From: a virus
Taxonomy: Duplodnaviria; Heunggongvirae; Uroviricota; Caudoviricetes
Direction: 5' to 3' (one strand)
IMG/VR virus record: IMGVR_UViG_2778261249_000005
Length of the DNA: 4,738 bases
Numbering within the stretch: position 1 is the first letter of the stretch; each line of letters begins with the position of its first letter. The translations under genes were made by a program, and so were the position numbers. Shown here piece by piece: positions 1 through 4,738 of this stretch. A model generated the notes under the pieces. It had not been told where the DNA came from. It saw nothing but the letters and a program-made list of their open reading frames with translations, and searched no databases.

Positions 1-69
1 ATTCCCGGCTACCTGTTCGCCGGTGGTGTGGCTTACGACGGCGATGTAATTACGGTTTACCCCGGATAA
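1..69 (+). CDS. I: 3' end of baseplate assembly protein (P2 gpI-like), truncated at window start
   Basis: Frame 1 is open from the window edge (…IPGYLFAGGVAYDGDVITVYPG*) with TAA at 67-69, 10 nt upstream of the H start. Identity is assigned mainly by synteny (I precedes H in P2); 22 codons is too short to be sure. Confidence 0.5.
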   Translation: MPGYLFAGGVAYDGDVITVYPG

Positions 70-79
70 GTGAGGAAGA

Positions 80-1945
80 ATGAGCACAAAATTCAGAACC
101 GTTATCACCACTGCCGGTGCAGCAAAGCTGGCAGCGGCAACCGCGCCGGGAGGGCGGAAGGTCAACATTACCACGATGGCCGTCGGGGATGGAGGTGGTA
201 AATTGCCTGTCCCGGATGCCGGACAGACCGGGCTTATCCATGAAGTCTGGCGACATGCGCTGAACAAAATCAGCCAGGACAAACGAAACAGTAATTATAT
301 TATCGCAGAGCTGGTTATTCCGCCGGAGGTGGGCGGTTTCTGGATGCGTGAGCTTGGCCTGTACGATGATGCGGGAACATTAATTGCCGTGGCGAACATG
401 GCCGAAAGTTATAAGCCAGCTCTTGCCGAAGGCTCAGGGCGTTCGCAGACCTGTCGCATGGTCATCATCGTCAGCAGTGTGGCCTCAGTGGCGCTGACCA
501 TTGACACCACAGCGGTGATGGCGACGCAGGATTACGTTGATGACAAAATTGCAGAGCATGGACAGTCACGACGTCACCCGGACGCCTCGCTGACCGCAAA
601 AGGTTTTACTCAGTTAAGCAATGCGACCAACAGCACGTCTGAAACACTGGCCGCAACGCCGAAAGCGGTAAAGGCCGCGTATGATCTTGCTAACGGGAAA
701 TACACTGCGCAGGATGCCACCACAGCGCGAAAAGGCCTTGTCCAGCTCAGTAGCGCCACCAACAGCACGTCTGAAACGCTCGCCGCAACACCAAAAGCGG
801 TAAAGGCAGCATATGACCTTGCTAATGGGAAATACACTGCACAGGACGCCACCACAGCGCGAAAAGGTCTTGTCCAGCTCAGTAGCGCCACCAACAGCGA
901 TTCTGAAACGCTGGCTGCAACACCAAAAGCGGTGAAGTCTGCCTATGACAATGCTGAAAAACGTCTTCAGAAAGATCAAAATGGCGCGGATATTCCTGAT
1001 AAAAGATTATTCCTGCGCAATATTGGAGCAACAAATTCAACAACCATGTCTTTTAGTGGTGGTACAGGATGGTTCAGGCTGGCAACTGTAACCATGCCAC
1101 AGGCCAGTTCCGTGGTTTACATAAGTCTGATTGGTGGTGCTGGATATAATGTTAACTCCCCTATGCAGGCTGGTATATCTGAACTTGTTCTTCGTGCGGG
1201 AAATGGAAATCCAAAAGGTCTTACTGGTGCGTTATGGCGACGGACATCGGTTGGATTTACTAATTTTGCATGGGTGAATACATCCGGTGATACCTATGAT
1301 GTTTATGTTGAAATAGGTAATTACGCCACAGGTGTTAATATTCAGTGGGATTATACCAGTAACGCCAGCGTAACGATTCATACATCACCAACTTATACAG
1401 CGAATAAACCAACAGGTCTTACAGATGGAACTGTATATGTAATTTACAGTTCGCACATTAAACCGACTGCTGCTGATGTTGGGGCGTTGTCATTATCTGG
1501 AGGTCAATTGAATGGTGCACTGGGCATCGGAACATCCAGTGTTCTTGGCGGTAACTCAATTGTTTTGGGTGATAATGACACGGGCTTTAAACAAAATGGT
1601 GACGGTAATCTGGATGTTTATGCTAATAACGTTCATGTTATGCGCTTTGTCTCCGGTAGCATTCAAAGTAATAAAACCATAAATATTACGGGTCGTGTTA
1701 ATCCCACAGATTACGGTAACTTTGATTCCCGCTATGTCCGGGATATCCGGCTTGGTGGTGCTGCCACATACAAACCTGCGAACAATGGCATGACATGGAC
1801 ACATCAGGCACCGTCCGGGTGTGTATATTCCGGCATTATTATTCAGGATACCGGCTCAAACTCTGCCGATAACATTGGTGGCGTATATTACAGACCGGTG
1901 CAGAAATACATTAACGGGACATGGTATAACGTGGCACAGGTATAA
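80..1945 (+). CDS. H: Tail fibre protein (P2 gpH-like), 621 aa; conserved N-terminal baseplate-attachment region, divergent distal receptor-binding region
   Basis: N-terminus MSTKFRTVITTAGAAKLAAATAPGG…GLIHEVWRHALNKISQDKRNSNYIIAELVIPPEVGGFWMRELGLYDDAGTLIAVANMAESYKPALAEGSGR closely matches my recollection of P2 gpH. Internal motif GGNSIVLGDNDTGFKQNGDGNLDVYAN and C-terminus RPVQKYINGTWYNVAQV are also gpH-like. GAGG at 72-75 precedes ATG at 80. Confidence 0.95.
   Translation: MSTKFRTVITTAGAAKLAAATAPGGRKVNITTMAVGDGGGKLPVPDAGQTGLIHEVWRHALNKISQDKRNSNYIIAELVIPPEVGGFWMRELGLYDDAGTLIAVANMAESYKPALAEGSGRSQTCRMVIIVSSVASVALTIDTTAVMATQDYVDDKIAEHGQSRRHPDASLTAKGFTQLSNATNSTSETLAATPKAVKAAYDLANGKYTAQDATTARKGLVQLSSATNSTSETLAATPKAVKAAYDLANGKYTAQDATTARKGLVQLSSATNSDSETLAATPKAVKSAYDNAEKRLQKDQNGADIPDKRLFLRNIGATNSTTMSFSGGTGWFRLATVTMPQASSVVYISLIGGAGYNVNSPMQAGISELVLRAGNGNPKGLTGALWRRTSVGFTNFAWVNTSGDTYDVYVEIGNYATGVNIQWDYTSNASVTIHTSPTYTANKPTGLTDGTVYVIYSSHIKPTAADVGALSLSGGQLNGALGIGTSSVLGGNSIVLGDNDTGFKQNGDGNLDVYANNVHVMRFVSGSIQSNKTINITGRVNPTDYGNFDSRYVRDIRLGGAATYKPANNGMTWTHQAPSGCVYSGIIIQDTGSNSADNIGGVYYRPVQKYINGTWYNVAQV
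611..957 (+). repeat. Imperfect direct tandem repeat, period 132 bp (44 aa), about 2.6 copies, inside the tail-fibre CDS
   Basis: Unit starts at 611, 743 and 875 (copy 3 partial and divergent). Encoded units: (T)QLS(N/S)ATNSTSETLAATPKAVKAAYDLANGKYTAQDATTARKGLV ×2, then QLSSATNSDSETLAATPKAVKSAYDNA. Copies 1 and 2 differ at roughly 15 nucleotide positions by hand alignment. Corresponds to the phage tail-fibre repeat motif. Confidence 0.9.
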
Positions 1946-1948
1946 TTT

Positions 1949-2476
1949 ATGCAGCATTTAAAAAATATTACGGTGGGTAATCCAAAAACGGTTGAACAAT
2001 ATCAATTGACAAAGGGCTTTGATGTTGTCTGGTTTTTTACAGAAGATGGTAAGAACTGGTACGAAGAACAAAAGTATTTTGCTGATGACACGATAAAAAT
2101 AGCGTACGACAAAGATAATATCATCCGCTATGTGGAAAAGGATGTGACAGCTATCAGACCGGATGGATTAAGTGTGGTTGAAGTGGCGGATATTACTGCT
2201 AACCGACGGGCGGATATTTCAGGGGGCTGGATGTTTAAGGACGGCAAAGTGATTAAACGCATTTATACGGCAGAGGAATTACAGCAGCAGGCAGAAATTC
2301 GGAAAGCCAGACTTCTTGCAGATGCTGAATCCGTGATTTTGCCGCTGGAGCGCGCGGTCAGACTGAACATGGCAACAGAGGAGGAGCGCACACGGCTGGA
2401 GGCTTGGGAACGCTACAGCGTTCTGGTCAGTCGTGTGGATCCTGCAAATCCTGAATGGCCGGAAATGCCGCAATAA
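1949..2476 (+). CDS. G: Tail fibre assembly chaperone (P2 gpG-like), 175 aa
   Basis: MQHLKNI…GNPKT…EQYQLTK…DGKNWYEE… and C-terminal [12 protein letters not shown](E/D)EER…LE(A/S)[23 protein letters not shown] match recalled P2 gpG. Starts 3 nt after the H stop, suggesting translational coupling. Confidence 0.93.
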   Translation: MQHLKNITVGNPKTVEQYQLTKGFDVVWFFTEDGKNWYEEQKYFADDTIKIAYDKDNIIRYVEKDVTAIRPDGLSVVEVADITANRRADISGGWMFKDGKVIKRIYTAEELQQQAEIRKARLLADAESVILPLERAVRLNMATEEERTRLEAWERYSVLVSRVDPANPEWPEMPQ

Positions 2477-2511
2477 GTTGTATGAACTCTGGTGTGAGCT
2501 TACATATCTAT

Positions 2512-2551
2512 GGCACAGAGTAAAGCCTAATCTGACAGTCCGCTCTGTGCC
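2512..2551. repeat. Inverted repeat (9-bp arms GGCACAGAG / CTCTGTGCC, 22-nt spacer) just downstream of G
   Basis: Seen directly in sequence. No U-tract follows on either strand, so it is not a canonical intrinsic terminator. It could be an RNA stem-loop or a recombination or regulatory site at the boundary of the cargo insertion. Confidence 0.4.
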
Positions 2552-2729
2552 AAAAGCGGGCGTTGATCACATGGGCTATGCTAACCCATTATAACAGTGT
2601 AACAGAGCTACCCACGATTACTCCCGGCCTCTAAAGTTTGCTACATAATAAAGAATCATTCCCTTTAATCTGATCTTAGCGGTATAGTATCTGGTGACCA
2701 GTAAGACAATCACCGACACTACAATCATG

Positions 2730-2757
2730 TTGATTTGCATTGTGTTTAGTCTAAAAT
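2730..2757 (+). promoter_or_regulatory. Candidate sigma70 promoter for the cargo cassette: -35 TTGATT (2730-2735), 16-nt spacer, -10 TAAAAT (2752-2757)
   Basis: Hexamers read by eye. Position about 50 nt upstream of the ATG at 2807 is appropriate. AT-rich DNA yields many chance hexamer matches, so confidence is low. Confidence 0.3.
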
Positions 2758-2806
2758 TGTGGTGCGAAAAGACCAATGAAAGTTATTGATAATAAGGAGG
2801 AATCAA

Positions 2807-3592
2807 ATGTCAGGAATAAGATGGTTGGATAAAAAAGATTTAATCCTTAAAGGAATAAATGAAGGCACCTACCCAGAATCAGTTTACAAGTTCAGAACTA
2901 TAGATAAAGCCTGTGATATTCTTCAAAAAAAAGAATTTTACTTTTCATCAGCGGAAAATTTTAATGATCCATTTGATTGTATGCTGGATGAGGAAAAAGA
3001 ATACTCTTTATCAGACTTTACTTGTTGGTTATATTCATATCAGAATGGATTAACCAAGAAGGCAAAGCAGAACTTAATAGATGTGTATAAAGAAAACAGC
3101 CAAGCATTTAATGATCTAGTTAAAAATATAAAAACAAAAGCCGTCAATGCCCATGGCATTTTATCGCTATCTAAAACTAATGAAAATGTTCTTTTATGGT
3201 CTCATTATGCGGAGAACCATACCGGAGTTGCTATAAAACTCAATATTGCTAAGGATCCAGAGTTCTTTATAACCCCCCAAAACATAGTATATATGAAGCA
3301 ATATATTCCATTAAATTATCTTAGAGACCCTAAAAAATCAATACTCGACACACTCTCTACGAAATCAATGGATTGGAATTATGAAGAGGAGATTAGAGTT
3401 TATAAAAGTAATATTGGAGCCTATAAGATTAAGCCAGAGGCAATAACTGATGTTTTTTTTGGTTTGAAAACGCTGGAACAGGATATTGCAAAAATCAAAA
3501 ATATATGTAGTGAAAATGGTCTAAGCCATGTGAAGTTTCATCGGGCTGAAAAAAAATATGGAGAATTTGCGCTACGTTTTAATCCTATTTGA
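2807..3592 (+). CDS. Hypothetical protein with DUF2971-like motifs, 261 aa; cargo gene 1
   Basis: Strong Shine-Dalgarno AGGAGG at 2795-2800, 6 nt before ATG 2807. The six-frame track begins at TTG 2786, which I consider less likely. The protein carries an FNDPFD motif (aa 52-57) and an LLWSHYAENHTGVAI motif (aa 129-143), which match my recollection of DUF2971 (PF11185) hallmarks (…fNDPfE… and …lMWshYAd.hkG…). Very AT-rich with a Lys/Asn/Ile-rich composition unlike the flanking phage genes. Confidence 0.75.
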   Translation: MSGIRWLDKKDLILKGINEGTYPESVYKFRTIDKACDILQKKEFYFSSAENFNDPFDCMLDEEKEYSLSDFTCWLYSYQNGLTKKAKQNLIDVYKENSQAFNDLVKNIKTKAVNAHGILSLSKTNENVLLWSHYAENHTGVAIKLNIAKDPEFFITPQNIVYMKQYIPLNYLRDPKKSILDTLSTKSMDWNYEEEIRVYKSNIGAYKIKPEAITDVFFGLKTLEQDIAKIKNICSENGLSHVKFHRAEKKYGEFALRFNPI

Positions 3593-3678
3593 CTTTTCTA
3601 TTTAGTAGTTAAATGATAGTGCATTACGGGCCAATTAAATTTAATTCTATGGTTGTGTAGACAATAAAAGGTAACTAG

Positions 3679-4164
3679 ATGAATCAAGATGAGTTAAAAA
3701 ATTTTTGTGTTGATGTGCGTGAAGCACTTGAGAAGATGACCAAAAAAGATCATTCACGGCTGTCATCCTTTAGAAATTCGAACTTTCCAGTGGGATGCTG
3801 CGGAGATACATCGAAACTGCTTGCTTATTTGCTTTATCAGCAATTCGGGATAGTCTCTGAAGTACTCGCAGGATATTACTATGAATCTGATCATAAGTCC
3901 CCCGCCAGCGGTCTTTCAAACGGTAATTCACATGCTTGGCTTGTCGTGGATGGAATGATTGTTGATTTGACTGCAGATCAGTTCAACGACCGGGGATATA
4001 ACAATCTTCCCGTCATGATTACATCAGACACTAGGTTTCATGACCTCTTTGCCAATCGTAATGCCTCGTTTCAACCTTCTCAAGGTAATGAAATTATTCT
4101 ACCTGATATTCTAAAAATGACAGCATCACATGTGCAGCAAAGGCTTAAAGAGCGAGGTTGGTAA
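3679..4164 (+). CDS. Hypothetical protein with transglutaminase-like / papain-fold Cys-His-Asp signature (putative cysteine peptidase or amidase), 161 aa; cargo gene 2
   Basis: AAGG at 3668-3671 precedes ATG 3679, which is immediately preceded by an in-frame TAG. Motif GCCGDTSKLLAYLLYQQFGIVSEVLAGYYY (Cys40/41, codons 3796-3801), then SHAWLVVDGMIVDLTADQF (His85 at 3931-3933; Asp100 at 3976-3978), resembles the transglutaminase-like core (G-C-x-x-fA … HAW-x-E-V … D-P-T). Same strand and composition as cargo gene 1, 86 nt downstream, so likely co-transcribed. Confidence 0.75.
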   Translation: MNQDELKNFCVDVREALEKMTKKDHSRLSSFRNSNFPVGCCGDTSKLLAYLLYQQFGIVSEVLAGYYYESDHKSPASGLSNGNSHAWLVVDGMIVDLTADQFNDRGYNNLPVMITSDTRFHDLFANRNASFQPSQGNEIILPDILKMTASHVQQRLKERGW

Positions 4165-4484
4165 TGCGGGTGCAGCAGAATCTAAAGCTGATACTTAAAA
4201 TTATATAGGAAGAGCATAAACTTATCCTAAATCTGGCTGTAATAGATCCTTTCATATATCGGCCAGATTAATATGAAGTAATCCAAATTAGTGTCTGAAA
4301 ATATAATCAGCTCCATAACAATAGATTTATCGCTTAAAAATAACGTCAACATGAGGGTAGAAAACATCCCTAAAGATAAGTCTGGTCTAACCTTTGCTCC
4401 TCGCTCAAAGCAGACTGTCAGAATTGATAGCGTTTGGGCTATGTAAATTGTCAGTCGGAAAATGAGTGAGTACAAATCAGGACA

Positions 4485-4511
4485 GGCGGGCGAATTGCCC
4501 GCCTTTTCTTT
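4485..4511 (+). terminator. Rho-independent terminator: stem GGCGGGC (4485-4491) / GCCCGCC (4497-4503), loop GAATT, followed by TTTTCTTT
   Basis: Perfect 7-bp GC-rich stem plus U-tract on the + strand, seen directly. Lies about 320 nt downstream of cargo gene 2 and about 100 nt upstream of FI, so it plausibly insulates cargo transcription from the late sheath operon. Confidence 0.6.
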
Positions 4512-4607
4512 ATCTGTTGTTTCATCCACTGACCAGTCAGGTCAAATAGCGTCTCATGCTCTGCACAACAGAAAATAGTTGCACCCATTAACCACGGAGT
4601 TAAACGG

Positions 4608-4738
4608 ATGAGTGACTATCATCACGGCGTGCAGGTTCTGGAAATTAACGACGGCACCCGTGTCATTTCCACCGTATCCACTGCCATTGTCGGCATGGTC
4701 TGCACGGCCAGCGATGCGGATGCGGAAACCTTCCCCCT
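4608..4738 (+). CDS. FI: 5' end of tail sheath protein (P2 gpFI-like), truncated at window end
   Basis: [43 protein letters not shown] closely matches the recalled N-terminus of P2 gpFI. GGAG at 4596-4599 precedes ATG 4608. Confidence 0.92.
   Translation, partial: MSDYHHGVQVLEINDGTRVISTVSTAIVGMVCTASDADAETFP

Larger units (their letters stand above)
1..4738 (+). mobile_element. Segment of a P2-like (Peduovirus) prophage or phage late structural region: I'-H-G-[cargo]-FI'
   Basis: Collinear H (tail fibre), G (fibre assembly) and FI (sheath) homologues in the P2 order on one strand, with a non-structural AT-rich insert at the G/FI junction. Family assignment is from recalled P2 protein sequences, not a search. 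Confidence 0.85.

Noticed and set aside
50-256. Minus-strand 68-aa ORF spanning the I/H junction
   Set aside because: Antisense to the strongly supported start of H and the end of I; GC-rich DNA commonly yields such open frames; no recognisable product.
611-957. Possibility that the direct repeats are a CRISPR array
   Set aside because: The repeats are contiguous with no spacers, have a 132-bp period, are in-frame and coding, and match the known tail-fibre repeat.
610-979. Two overlapping minus-strand ORFs (94 and 121 aa) antisense to the tail-fibre gene
   Set aside because: They are artefacts of the 132-bp tandem repeat, since their own sequences are internally repeated. They lie entirely within the well-supported H CDS and have no ribosome-binding site.
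1556-1804. Minus-strand 82-aa ORF inside H
   Set aside because: Antisense within the tail-fibre CDS, no start context, no recognisable motif.
2279-2473. Minus-strand 64-aa ORF inside G
   Set aside because: Antisense within the G chaperone CDS; likely a chance ORF.
2786-2806. TTG at 2786 as the start of cargo gene 1, as given in the ORF track
   Set aside because: A near-perfect Shine-Dalgarno lies inside this stretch and is optimally spaced for the ATG at 2807.
4351-4446. Plus-strand 31-aa small ORF (MRVENIPKDKSGLTFAPRSKQTVRIDSVWAM) in the spacer
   Set aside because: No ribosome-binding site and no recognisable motif; too short to support from sequence alone.
4227-4529. Minus-strand 100-aa ORF between the cargo and FI
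   Set aside because: Its 5' end is built from the reverse complement of the + strand terminator hairpin (KEKAGNSPACP), and no Shine-Dalgarno precedes its ATG or the internal Met at 4365-4367. Low-complexity hydrophobic and AT-rich translation is typical of chance ORFs. A small membrane protein cannot be fully excluded without conservation data.
4512-4607. Calling a specific Ogr-dependent late promoter upstream of FI
   Set aside because: I could not find a TGT-N12-ACA element with the expected spacing or a clear -10 hexamer; only dyad-symmetric fragments are present, so no promoter feature is annotated.

Overview
This window is the late structural region of a P2-like (Peduovirus) temperate phage or prophage from an enterobacterium, with a two-gene AT-rich cargo cassette inserted between the tail-fibre and tail-sheath genes. 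Gene order on the + strand is: 3' end of a baseplate gene (I-like), tail fibre (H-like, 621 aa, with a 132-bp tandem repeat and a lower-GC distal half), tail-fibre assembly chaperone (G-like), the cargo cassette, then the 5' end of the tail sheath gene (FI-like). The cargo sits at the position of the P2 Z/fun locus, a known hotspot for anti-phage cargo. It encodes a 261-aa protein with DUF2971-like motifs and a 161-aa protein with a transglutaminase/papain-like Cys-His-Asp signature, flanked by a candidate sigma70 promoter and a downstream intrinsic terminator. I consider this pair a candidate, possibly undescribed, anti-phage defence or superinfection-exclusion module. All homology statements come from recalled protein sequences and motifs; no database search was run.
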